From Anthoceros angustus (taxonomy: Eukaryota; Plantae; Anthocerotophyta), in assembly GCA_010909165.1 (NCBI GenBank), contig VJWM01000116.1:124001-188000 (forward strand): DNA of 64,000 bases, given 5' to 3'. The notes beneath the pieces are model-generated. The model ran no database searches. It saw only the letters and a program-made list of their open reading frames with translations, and was not told the origin of the DNA. This document shows, piece by piece, positions 24,385-36,711 of the stretch; position 1 is the first letter of the stretch, and every line of letters starts with the position of its first letter. Both the position numbers and the translations under genes were made by a program.

Positions 24385-26358
24385 TCAGATGCGTCCTCGC
24401 GCCAGTGGGTCCAAATGTGGCACATATCCTACTGTTTTCATTTCAAGAGCAAGCTGTTTGAGCCTTACATATATACCTTCACTTTCAGGATGCCTTTTTT
24501 CCCCAACCACAAAACTATGGACCAGTCCGTCCATGTCTGTCCACCAGCTCTGCCCTGGCTGCTTCAGAGCCCCAACCTCCTTTCTCCTCACCTGCATCTC
24601 CAGTGCCTTATCCCACATCTGAGCACCAGAGTAAATATATGACATCAACAGATACGCTGCAGGATCTTTTTCATCTAGCTTCACCGCTTGTGTGAAAGCA
24701 TGGCAACCCACCTCCACATTTCTCCACTTTCGACAAGCACTCAATAGAGCGTGCCAAACTGAAAGATTAGCCTCAACAGGCATCATCCTCACCATTGCTA
24801 GTGCCTTGTCAAGTTGGCCTGCACGACCCAGGAGATCCACCATGCACGAGTAGTGCTCTGCGGCGGGTGTAATGCCAGAGTGCCTCATAGCCTCAAAATA
24901 CTCTTGCCCCTTGCTCAGTAGACCCGCATGACTGCATACTGTAAGTACAGCCAGAAACGTCTGGCTGTCGGGCTGTATGCAATCCTCTCTCATTCTGTTA
25001 ATAAGGTCGAAGACCACTTCACTGTCTCCTTGACGGGTGTATCCATTGATGAGGGCAGTCCAGGCAACGACATTTCTTTTGGGCAGAGCATCGAACACCT
25101 GTTGTGCATCAACCATGCTCCCGGACTTGGCATACATGTTTATCAAACTGTTGCCCACGTTTTCATCCGCTTGAAGCCCTTGTTCTTTAATCTGTTCATG
25201 AAGCTGATTTCCTGCCTGTAAAGCTGCCACACTTGCACATGCTTGCAGGAGGCACACAAATATCACAGAATCAAGTATAGCGATGCCCTCTTGTTGCATA
25301 GCATGGTATAATCGAAGGGCATCCTGACCCATTCCCTGCTGGGAATACCCTGCTATCAGAGCAGTCCAGGTAACCACATCTTTTCGAGAAAGCTTGTCAA
25401 ACACTCTCTGAGCATCCTGTAGGCTGCCACACCTTGCATACATGTACACCAAGCAATTACACACGAACAGATCAGGCTCAACCCCACTGGCCAACACATC
25501 AGCATGCACCTGCTGCCCACTTTTCAAGTCTTCTGACTTTCCACAAGCCTGCAGGGCTGCCACAAAAACATGGCCATCCGGATTCACCCCTGATCTGCGC
25601 ATCTGATGATACAATTGTATGGCCAGCTCCGATTCTCCGTGTCTAACATGTGCAGTGATTATGGACGACCACATGAAGGCATCTGGTGTGGGAACCATGG
25701 TGAACACATCCATCGCATCCTTCAACATTCCATGAGAGGCATACATCCGCACCACGTGGTTGCACAAGAATGTGTCCGACTGATACCCCCGTCTCACGCT
25801 GAAAGCATGAACCCGGCGACCCAGTACCAAATCCTTCCTGAGCACACATGCTTTGAGGACATTATGAAATAGAGTCTTCGAAATCCGACACTCCCTGTGG
25901 ACCAGAACTCCCAGAGCCTCAACAGCTTCAGTGAGCTGGCCCTGCTCACATAACTTGCCCACCATCTCAGCTGTGATGTCCATTTCGTATCCTACAGGCC
26001 TGCGAGGATCAGCATCACCGGGCATTCTCCAGTTGGATTTAGGGGCACGACGATCCATCTGCATAGCCAGTGCAGCCAGCTGAACTTCCAGCCGCCGTGG
26101 CTTGCAAAAGCTCTCTAACCAGAGGACGGCCCGAGACCCCTTATGCCGAATTTCATGACACCGAAAAGCCTTGTTCAGTTTCCTGTGATTCCAACAAAGC
26201 GTATGTTCCAGAAAAACCTGTCGCCCCAAAGTCAGCTGATCTGGAATGCTTCCTACAAGACCTGTGAGCCCATCAATCTGTAATGTCCACAAAATCTGTT
26301 CCCCCAACATGCCTGGTCCCCGTATGCCCGAGTCAATTGCAAGGCTACAGGCAGCCAT
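24385..26358 (-). CDS. PLS-class PPR protein with WW-type PG box and truncated DYW domain
   Basis: 657-aa ORF with PLS triplets, E domains, KQPGQSWWTDMDGLVHSFVVG and GYVP; out-of-frame CGHSE just after the stop. Confidence 0.93.
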   Translation of the reverse strand: MAACSLAIDSGIRGPGMLGEQILWTLQIDGLTGLVGSIPDQLTLGRQVFLEHTLCWNHRKLNKAFRCHEIRHKGSRAVLWLESFCKPRRLEVQLAALAMQMDRRAPKSNWRMPGDADPRRPVGYEMDITAEMVGKLCEQGQLTEAVEALGVLVHRECRISKTLFHNVLKACVLRKDLVLGRRVHAFSVRRGYQSDTFLCNHVVRMYASHGMLKDAMDVFTMVPTPDAFMWSSIITAHVRHGESELAIQLYHQMRRSGVNPDGHVFVAALQACGKSEDLKSGQQVHADVLASGVEPDLFVCNCLVYMYARCGSLQDAQRVFDKLSRKDVVTWTALIAGYSQQGMGQDALRLYHAMQQEGIAILDSVIFVCLLQACASVAALQAGNQLHEQIKEQGLQADENVGNSLINMYAKSGSMVDAQQVFDALPKRNVVAWTALINGYTRQGDSEVVFDLINRMREDCIQPDSQTFLAVLTVCSHAGLLSKGQEYFEAMRHSGITPAAEHYSCMVDLLGRAGQLDKALAMVRMMPVEANLSVWHALLSACRKWRNVEVGCHAFTQAVKLDEKDPAAYLLMSYIYSGAQMWDKALEMQVRRKEVGALKQPGQSWWTDMDGLVHSFVVGEKRHPESEGIYVRLKQLALEMKTVGYVPHLDPLARGRI

Positions 26359-26832
26359 GCTCGAACGCCTTGTCTCACGGGCTACTTCCGCAGTTTATGT
26401 CCAGACCCATATGCAAGCTCGATTCTCCGAAGTTTCTACCTCAAGGAGCTCCTCTCCTTTGAGAGTACCACTTCCCGAGAAGCGTGTTGCACATTGCAAC
26501 CAACACCAATCCGGCCAGCAATTTATGCCCATGCAAAACAAACATCCACTGTATGTACAGTCAATGGATAGAAGGTGGGCACACATCGAAGCTTTTGTCA
26601 GCACAGCCATCTTGTCTGAAATTCTTGTCATTTGTACGACAAACCAAAAACCCTAGCAATTCCTCTAATTTGGTGCGAGGACAGCGGAAGACCGATTCCT
26701 GGGTTTTGAAACTGTTGGAAATGCGCGGGGATTTGATTTCACGTCTTGATGAATGAAATAGGAGCCTACTGCTGGCGGACGAGGTCGGCTATGGAAGCGG
26801 ACCGCACATTCTGATTGTAAGGAGCCTCAGTC

Positions 26833-29800
26833 ATGGAGGAAGCTGCAGTCATGGAGGAGGCTGCCGTGAAGGAGCAGGCTGGAGTCATGGAAGAATCTGT
26901 TGCAGAGGCAGCTCCACTGGCGCTCCCAGCTGGCGGCGAGCTAGAGGACGGGGCGGATGCGGGAGGGGAAGAGAGGGCCTTGGTCGGCCCTGTTCCTGCG
27001 CAAGGTCGCAAGCCGAAGCGGCCCCTGGAATTTGAGCGCGCGTTTCTGGATGCTCTTCCGTCGGCTGCGATGTGAGTTGAGTCTTGTCATTTCGCACGCA
27101 ATTTTGGAAGGCAGTGTGTGGAAGAGGCAGCCCCAGCTGAGGATTCCGTCCTTCGTCTGTGCCTGGATTTTACTCATGGGTCTGGGTTGCTTTGTCAGGT
27201 ACGAGAAGAGCTATATGCACCGGGACGTTGTGACACATGTGGCTGTCTCCAGTGCTGACTTCTTTATCACTGGAAGCTGTGATGGTACGCGTGCTTTTGA
27301 TGGAGCTGCTGTTAGCTTTGGTTTTTTTCCTTCCTGTAACAGCGAGGAGAAAGCAGTTTAATTTTGTTTGCTTTCCGTTTGAGATTTCCACTGTCATCAG
27401 ATCTCGTAGTCATCTTGTTGTTGCAACTTGGTCAAGAGGAGTGCATTGTTTCGTCCAGGTCATATCAAGTTTTGGAAGAAAAAGGGCGTCGGCGTGGAGT
27501 TTGTGAAACACTTTCGGTCTCATCTTGGGCCTATTGTAGGTCTTGCGGTACGAATCAGGTCCTATCAGCAACTGTTGTTGTGTGGTGGTGGTGCACTGTT
27601 TGGACGTTTCATAGTAGTTATGCTCTAGCTTGGTTTCTGCAGTTTACTCTTGGAAACTGCGGCAGAAGAATGACAGGTGGAGTTGGTATGGCTGTTGGTC
27701 TGGCAGGTCAGTGCTGACGGCCTTTTCTGTTGCACAGCCTCAACCGACAAGGCTGTCAAGATATATGATGTCGTGAACTTCGACATGATGTCTATGCTCC
27801 GCTTGCCATTCGTTCCGGGTTGTGTTGAGTGGGTCTTTAGGCACGGAGATGCCAGAACTAAGATTGCTATTAGTGATCGAGGTTCACCTGCTGTTCATCT
27901 CTATGATGCGAAATCTGGGAGCCCTGAACCCATAGTTACAAAGCAGGTATGCCATTGCACAGATGCATTTTTCTATGTACCATGCGTCATAGTCTATACT
28001 GTGCCATGGTCTAGTTCAGCATTTCCTCACAGATTTGGATGCAGATTGAATGCGTGAATGGTCAGAAGCGAGTTGGGTTTACCTGGGTGCAGTAATGGTT
28101 AACTTGGTCTTGCTCTCCTCAGATTCACATGGCACCTGTGACTCTCATGAAGTACAGCCCCCTCTACGACATTGTTGTGTCTGCTGAGGGCACAGGGCTT
28201 TTGGAATATTGGTGTCCTGATACACTATCCTTCAGCTCTAAAGGGTAAGATTTGGTGCAAATCTCAAAGCTTCTACCTGCTGAAGGCTTGTCTGGCTTTC
28301 TCATTGGGGTGATTTTTTACCGATATATGATGTTGAGTTTGTTCATAGTCTGCAGTTCAAGCTCAAGAGTGAAACGGATCTGTATGCTTTTGCAAAGGCA
28401 AAGACAAAAGTGTCCTCTCTGGAGGTTAGTACTGTTCACTGAGCTCCCATGTGTGTTGGAAGATGCTTGCACAGAGGTTGCGACAGAGTTCTCAAAGTAT
28501 GGTTGGTGCTGTTCAGGTCAGTCCAGATGGTAAGCAGTTTGTCACCACATCACCAGACAGGCGGATCAGAGTGTTCTGGTTTCGTAATGGCAAGCTAAGG
28601 CGTACATATGATGAGTCTTTGGAGGTGGGATGCCCAATATCACCAAACTCATTTGAATCTATGAATTCTTGCAGTGTGGAGCCCTGCCTTGTTTCTTCTG
28701 TGTAGACTCCATACTTTGGGCATCACTACTTTCATGTCCATGTGTACGGTCTCATAATTCAGCTGACATGTGCCTAATGCTCAGGTAGCTCAAGACTTGC
28801 AAAGAAGTGATGCCCCCTTGTACAGATTGGATGCGATTGACTTTGGTCGTCGCATGGCTATAGAGAAGGAGATAGAAAAGACAGAGGGTGTGCCCCTTCC
28901 AAATGCAGTCTTTGATGAGAGCAGTAATTTCCTCTTGTACACAACCCTGCTGGGGATTAAGGTGATGTCCCAAATGTTCTGTCGTGGACAGATATCCTCT
29001 CTGTTTAAATGGGTGGAAGTCATGCTGACCAGCAAGTCGTTATTTGCAATTCTTGCAGGTGGTCAATTTGCAGACAAACAAGGTAGTCAGAATCTTGGGG
29101 AAGGTGGAGAATACAGAACGGTTCTTGAGAATTGCCTTGTACCAGGGAGGGAGCAGTGGTAGGAAAGTCAAGAAGCTGCCAGCCTTTGCTTCTGCAAGTT
29201 CTATGGGCAAGCGGGAGCCATGGATGGATCCTACTATTGTAGCTTGTGCATTCAAGAAGCACCGGATATACTTTTTCAGGTGTGTATTATTCTGTTGTCT
29301 GTAGTATTCCATGGTAGTTTGTATGTGCTTCTCAATCTTATTCTCTACTTCTACTGGGCAGCCGAAGAGAGCCTGAGGAAGCAGAAGATGCCACGAAAGG
29401 GCGGGATGTCTTCAATGAGAAACCTCCTGCGGAAGAACTCCTGGCCATCTCTGATGTCGGGAAGGCTGCAACCACCTCCCTTCCTGATAATGTGGTAGGT
29501 TGTGCTATTTTCAAATTAGGAATGCTCATTTGCTCATACAAAGGTAATTAGCCGGTCTACAGTTTTGTGATAAGTTGTGGCACGATGTGTCACAGATTCT
29601 GCACACCACGTTAGGTGATATCCACATTCGACTGTATCCTGAAGAATGCCCCAGAACTGTGGAGAACTTTACAACACACTGTCGGAATGGATACTACGAC
29701 AATCTTATTTTCCATCGCGTCATTAAAGGTTTCATGGTACAAACTGGTGACCCTCTAGGAGATGGCACAGGTGGACAGTCCATCTGGGGTGGGGAGTTTG

Positions 29801-30234
29801 AAGATGAATTCCACAAAAGGTTAAGTAGAGACTGCTTCGTGCGATTTTGTCTTGTTAATTCACGTTCTGCATTAATCCTACCATTGTACTGAGTTTATCT
29901 TTTGCTGGCTGCAGTTTGCGACACGATCGTCCTTTCACACTCTCTATGGCCAATGCTGGTCCGAATACAAATGGTTCGCAGTTTTTTATCACAACGGTGG
30001 CTACTCCTTGGCTCGATAACAAGCACACAGTGTTTGGCCGTGTAGTCAAAGGAATGGATGTAGTTCAGGTGAGGCCATCTTATTGATCAACAGGCTGGAA
30101 CCAACTTCCCACATAGGTCTTGCTCGTTCGCTAAATTTAGTTGTCGTTTGCAGGCAGTAGAGAAAGTGAAGACCGACAGGAACGATAAGCCGTACCAAGA
30201 TGTGAAGATTTTGAACGTGACTGTGCCAAAGTAA
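26833..30234 (+). CDS. CYP71: WD40-repeat cyclophilin (PPWD1 / AtCYP71 ortholog; not a P450)
   Basis: LPSAAM|[121 protein letters not shown]. Confidence 0.97.
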
Positions 30235-30465
30235 GCGGCCCAGTGCAAGCGGATCGGTCCCGTTCTTGGGCGTGAATAGTAGTCCACTTTTATGTTATTT
30301 GCAAGGAAAATGTGGCACGTTCCGCCTTGCTACGGGAATTAATGATAAAAGATGGAAGATTGAGGTAGTGAGGGAAGGAGAAAACATCTTACGTTCAACT
30401 TCCACTTTCCCTTGCTTGCCTGTCTACATTAAAACGGTCGATCCCTGTTTAATTTAACCTAACGT

Positions 30466-31515
30466 TCAGAGAAGCTTCTTCCGCTCGAAAAAGGTCTTCA
30501 AATGCCACAGCTGCCATCCAGCCACTGACAAGCAAACAAGAAGAGACAAGATGCTGAACCAAGCCACTCGGGCATTGGTAGCCTCATTCAGCTCCCGCAT
30601 TTCTGCCTCCCTGCCAACAAAAGGATGCACGAGTTAAAATGGTTCTAGACACAACAATGGTGGATTCCCTGCAGGTTGAAAGCTGAAGAGAACCCTACTT
30701 CTCTCTCAAGTACAGCATCTCCTCGTGAATGCTGTCTACTGTTTCCTCTAGCTTCCTCAATTCCAGCTCGACCGCCTGCAGTGAAAGACTCTCAACTTAA
30801 TCACAGTACTTGGATGCATTTGAGGACTTGCATAGACAATTCAATAGGCAGAAAACATTACATCGACTTTATCCCTCTTGGCGATGCCTTCCCAGTCCTT
30901 TGCGGCAACACCTGTTTTCCAGTCGAGCTCAACAGTGTAGGTCACAGAGTTCGGATTGTTGAGAGTCCAGAAGCAAGCCATATAATTGCCTGCTTCCCCA
31001 TCGGAGAAGGCAAATTGGCCAGACTGCGTGTTTTCTTGATAGTACATGCTTTTACCATGGGGAGATGTCACCTGATGAAACAAGGATCTCAAAACTTAGC
31101 AAGCAGAGACAACGAGAAACAATCCACTGCCCATACCACACCAGTCGCTTAGACTCAACACTCCAAACAATCAACAGAACGACATCAGGGACGAACAGCT
31201 TCAGCCCAGACCGGATGGAGTGGATCAAGCTGCACAATTTTAGGTTGTGCTCAGATCAGCATAGGTGCAGATGGGACATGTTCGCGAAGCATCCTGCCAA
31301 CTCACCCTAACGTTGATGCGCACAGGAGGCTCCTGCTGACCGTTCGGAGCGAGAACTTTGAAGTCTCCGACCACTAACACCTTCTTCTGGATTTCCTCCG
31401 CCAAGCACTTGGTTTCCGTGTTGGCGATGTCGAAACGCAGCGCATCTACATACCTGTGGCTCACGAGCAGATGCAGAAGCGCCAGCATGAGCAGCGCCAT
31501 CCTGAATCCTACCAT
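30466..31515 (-). CDS. p24/emp24/GOLD cargo receptor, delta subfamily (4 exons)
   Basis: Signal peptide; TKCLAEEI; VTSPHG; GNYMACFW; LDWKTGVAAKDW; EMRELNEATNARVAWFS; C-terminal FFERKKLL*. Confidence 0.94.
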
Positions 31516-32117
31516 GGCTACACCTGTACGCTGCGACCGCCGCAAATCGTCCCTGCTTCCTGACCCCGTCGGACCTAGTCTACCTGAAGCCTGAGTCCAG
31601 ACTGTGCCGGCAGCTGATCAGCTCATTTAGAGGCGCACCTCGATCCTCGATCTTCGTTCGGTGCAAGCAAATCCCAAGCCCATGTGCAAAGCCAAGTCAC
31701 TATCCTTAGGAGCTCCAGGTTAAAACCCTCAGTGTTCACCAAAGTGACTCAGGAAAGGGAGCTCTTCTTTCGAGGACGAAAGCCCTTAAGGAACAAGCCA
31801 TAAACATTATTTGTCTTCGCTAATCATCGCGGACCTTTGCTGCTCGCGGGGGACCCGACCCCAGAAATGTATCTGTTAGGGTTTTGTACGCCAACCACGT
31901 GCACTCGTCTGCCAGAGCTATTCCTTCGGAACGATCCAGCAGGAGCAACCTGCCAAGGTTTAAGGATCCAGCGAGGTGTTGGTGTTCACAGAGCGAAGGC
32001 TGCTCGGAACGATCCCGTCATAGGCACACAAGACTGGAACAAGTGGCAAACCTTCTGTTCAGCTGGAAGTTCTGCAAATGCCATGTTTCCCCACTGTTTC
32101 CCAAGCTCCGTATTAGG

Positions 32118-32444
32118 GGATTGGGGGATATACTATGAGTCAAGGCCCATGAGCCTTAAGTAAGGAAGGCTCAAAGTGGATTTGGAATTGAATAATTACA
32201 TACGGGGGAGTGCGTACAGGTCTGGCAGGCCCGGAGGTGCGAACTCAGGAAGCGGTTGAGGTTTTGGGCCGTTGCGGCTTGGGGATATTTGCACATCAGA
32301 TTGTGGGTGATGGCAGGTGGTGGGCTGGATCCCCAAGTTTTCGCTGCGCTGTCTCTGATTATCTCGATCATCGGATATGTGCTCCTCAGATGGCTTGGCA
32401 AGAAGCCTGCTACTGCCGCTCCCCAGAAGATCAAACCAGCTTGA
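32118..32444 (+). CDS. Probable 3' exons of a small membrane protein of unknown function
   Basis: GIYYESRPMSLK|GT..AG|VWQARRCELRKRLRFWAVAAWGYLHIRLWVMAGGGLDPQVFAALSLIISIIGYVLLRWLGKK splices in frame and has two hydrophobic segments; 5' end unresolved. Confidence 0.4.
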
Positions 32445-33624
32445 GGCAATGCGGGGAACGGTGGCTGAAGATGAGAGCTCCACTCGTCTGGCAGCTGTGC
32501 CGGCATCTGCTGGAGCTGCGCAATGCTGCCTGTACCCCTTCAGTGGCTTCCCTAACACTGGGTTATTGTAGCAGATAAGCTGGTTGTGATGGGTAGGATT
32601 CTAGAGGAGGGGAATGGTTCTCGAAAGCAGTTTGCGGGATCGTCATGGCAATATGCAGTTTCCCGAAAGGCATCAGCCTCTGGAGATCGCGTCAAGAAGA
32701 AGGCAATCAGGCCTGGGGGAGTGGCAGGGAGACTGTAGTACTTTCTGTGCGGCTCGGGATTTTGATGAACCCAGCCAAAGTAGTTGCTGTTGTTGCCCAC
32801 TTAATTCCTGCTTTGTGTAGTGCTCGTTCTTGTGGAAATAAAACGGCAGAACTGAATCGTCGAGGATGTTTTGGAGAATAGTACGTGCTTCTGGAATGCA
32901 GGTCCTTTGGCCGCCCTGCCCTGCTTCCATGTCCATTGTCCAGTTTAGTCACACGGGTTGTCCCATCAGAACCTTGTGCCTCGGGTGCTGCAAATCCGCA
33001 CGATGGACATGTCCTGGAAGTGACTTCCTCCTTTGCCCTTCAAAAATCGCTGGAAGCAAAACATCAAGTGCCACCTAAACCCTGAACCCCAGGTCGGTGC
33101 GATAGGCTCAAAGTATCAAAGGCCTTGACTACGAATACAACCCCCAATCCCCTAGTCGGAGCTTGGCAAACAGCGGGGAACCATGGCATTGCAGAACTTC
33201 TCTGTGAACAGAAGAGAGTCCACATTCCCAATATTAACAGCGGAACTCCCTTCGCTTCTCCAGTCAGATAAGTTCCTCTAGCATCCTTAAGTTGGTAGCA
33301 TAGAAATACTAACTTGTTAGTATTTGATTCTCGGAGCCCTTGCAACAGCTGTCCTGCACAGTATAATGGGCTCTCTCAATCCCATTCAATTCACTCAAAC
33401 TTGCTGGTATCTCATGCATTAGCTCTGCAGCCCTGTCCCAAAAGACTCCACCGTATCTTCAGAGCTAAGTTTGGTTTCATCAACTCAAGCTTTCAAAAAT
33501 GGAACCTTGTCTCCCTCGTCCACAAGGTTACTCCATAGTAGATCCATGGGGAAGTCAGCTCTTCATAGTAAATAGTTTTCTAGCCCTTTAAGTTAATTTG
33601 TATGTGATTGCTAAATTCTATGGC

Positions 33625-34987
33625 TCAAGTCAATTGGCTTTCTCTTCGCCATGTAGGTCTAGGTTCTTCATCTAGTGTGATAGAGAAAGGATGACCATAA
33701 GGAGTGTGGATGAGGAAAGGATCCTTATGGAAGTTACGCCACATTTCTTTCTTCAGTTTTCTCTCTACTTTTCTTAGATTTTCTTCATATCCATATTCAC
33801 GATCCATTCGTATTGTTTTATCATATATCAAATCTCTATCATGTACTCTTGGGTAAAATGGGTGTTCGTTCCTTTGCTCTAGTTTCATGCGTCTTTCTTG
33901 TTGCATCCGAATGTCTGTCATACTTTGAAATTTTCCTCGATGTGTGATGTATCGATCATATCGTGTAGCATGAATTTGTTCATACCTCAAATGCAAATCT
34001 TTTGGGATATCCTTTTTCACCTCTGTCAAGCTACGGATCCTAATTTCCTCTTCACTTCTTTTGATTCTTGCTCTTCGAAGATTATCCTCAAAATAATTCC
34101 TATTTGGTGGGCCAAATAACCAAATGTATGGCGCTTGATATACACCTTTAGCAACATGAGTACTTAACTGCAAATAATTTTAGAATATTAATTTTAAGTT
34201 TAAGTGGTAGTAACCTCCTTTGAGTTTTAGACTTGAAATTCTTACCCGAAAGTGATTATAGTCCCAATAATGCTCCACTGCTTTTTGGGATCTTTCGATA
34301 GCAGTATCCTCTTCTGTAGTTCTTTGTTTTCTATAGTATGCAATACATTGTGAGGCAACATCTGATCCTTTGGTAATAGAATCTTGAATGAATTTTTGTC
34401 TTCGATAATAGTCATGCTTGAATTTTCGACTGTAGTAGCCCCGATAATGTCTTTGAATGGTCAATGCATGGACATGAAAATATATCATTCGTTTGACTTT
34501 ATCAACTTCTCTTCGTCGAGCATGGGTTTTTTCTCGTCCTACGTGACCTCGCCAAAGCCGTTTGATGTCATTGGCACATTTGGTCCATAATCGTATCATT
34601 CTCTGTGTTGCATATCTTCTCCAACACGCCTAATAAAAATATTTATTTGAAATAATATTTAATTTAGAATATAAATTTGTAATAAATTATAAATTTGTAA
34701 TAATAATTAATTTATAATATAAAACCTAATAGGTTAAGATTAGATTTTCCTACTTGAATCCATATGGTTGCATCAATTTCCATTTCCCTTCTATCTTCAG
34801 CAATTCTAATGATACATTACAAAAGTATTTTAGACCATGAGATATAAAGAACTAATGAGCTATGAAGTTGCATTTTGTCGGGCATAAGGTGAGAAAGTTT
34901 GCAAACATAAAGCAAAGCATACTGTGATGCATCGATGTATCCTTGAAGGACTCCCAATGCCCGTGTTTGCAATTTTCCCATTTCCAT
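33625..34987 (-). CDS. SPATA17: IQ-motif ciliary protein, SPATA17-like (about 4 exons, AT-rich)
   Basis: Spliced peptide MEMGKLQ..ASQ|IAEDRREMEIDATIWIQ|ACWRRY..IKRLWRGHVGR..IQRHYRGYYSRKFKHDYY..HFR|LSTHVAKGVY has three IQ-like motifs and the RGYYSRK signature. Confidence 0.8.
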
Positions 34988-36159
34988 GGTGACTAAGCTT
35001 TGAATCTTTATGTTTCTTATCTTTGTGGGCAAGATTATAGAATGTTACTCCAAGAAAACATCTTGTAAAGTAAAAATTTCAAACACATTTTCAAATTTGA
35101 GTTGTTGAAGATGCCTCTTTCATATGCTTAGACCATTTTAAAATTTTCCATTGTCATGATAGTCTTCTTCAATGCATTGTAATTTAGAACTCCACAGCAG
35201 TTTCAAATTTTATCATGATAGTTGGAATGTTTTTGTTTAAATGGACGAAATTCAGCTTGTAGCATTTGGGGTGGTCCAGAATGTATCCACTCAGAAATTC
35301 TTTGTCTATTAATTTTTTCTCAGAAAAAATTGATTACACTATCCAAAAAAATTGGATTGAAATTTTAACAAGCCATCTTCTGTTTCCATATATGCTGTAC
35401 TTCTTGAAGAGATATTTTTAAACTTATGGGGAAAGATAGATTTTGACTTGATTTTAGCATGTATGTTCCATTTCTAATCAATTTTGTTAACTTTAATGCT
35501 ATTTGAAGGCATGATATCTACCTAATTCTGTACGTAGAGTTTTTGAAATGGTTATTATTTTAGGTATGCCTTCAGCGTGGGTGTTTTAGTGGTACGCTGT
35601 AAGCACGCCACATAACCTAAACAACGCTGCCTCTCGCCCAACTATGATTTCGAACACCAATTTTTTGTTTTTGTCACTGCCGCGTTTCTTCTACCTCTTC
35701 TACCTCGGGAAAGAAGACTTTATTATAAAAAAAAGATGGGAAAAAACCCAACGAAGGGCTCCATGCTACCTCTTCTACCCAGGCTATCAGATTTTGAAAA
35801 TATAATATAATAAGTATTGAAAAAAATCATAATTTAATAGGTAGGTAAGATAACTAAAGTGAAACGCAATCCTATTTTCTGATGAAAGTAGATACTAGTA
35901 ACCAAAGGAGCATTGGGGTAAGCTTTGGCATATTACTGGATGGGCAGGTAAGTCCTAAATTGGATAGGGTTCACTGCCTACTTGCCTACTTCAGAGCTTC
36001 TTTGGTCCTGCAATGCTTTACGCTCTATGTGCTGGCTATCTCTTACAGCAGAAGTGGCTCCTATTCACGACCGATTCAAGTCTGCCCAATGTCACTGTCG
36101 CAAACGATGCATCACCTCCATTGCACGATTCACAAGGCCAGCGTCAGAAAAGATATCAG

Positions 36160-36300
36160 ACAGCATGTGATTGACACAATTCCCACGAGGGACTCTGGGC
36201 CATGGCTGACATGATCGCTGCATATGCTCAGCATGGCAGTACGAGTGAACCAATCAAACACAGGGACTTCCAGAGAGAAGGATTGCATATCAATCGGTCA
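36160..36300 (+). pseudogene. Degenerate PPR fragment
   Basis: HVIDTIPTRD..W then (frameshift) DMIAAYAQHG..FQREG. Confidence 0.55.
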
Positions 36301-36711
36301 TCACAGTCGGGAGATGTAAGCCGGCCAGACCTTGGTTTGGGAAAACCCACAGTCTCCCATGTACGAACTCTCCTCCCCGCAAGGCCTGCCCTATTGTGTG
36401 CAATGCCGGAGACAACGGAGCTACATGACCTTCCTCGTCCAGGGAAGTGTGTGTTTCATGCGAGCTGAAGGCCAGAATCGTGGTGATGCCCCGGGCTGAG
36501 CCAGACACGCACGGGTGCAGCTCGCCCATAATGAGGGTAGGTTTCCTCACCAATCCATCCACTACATGTGCATGCTCAGGACGGGCTCCTGCATGTGTGA
36601 CATCCTATCATGCAAAAAGGGTCGCGGGAATCGTGGGTAAGACGTGTGGCCCCATGGGTCGATGGGAAAACATTCCTTTCCAGATTTGCAGCGAAATGGA
36701 AAACTCGGAGA

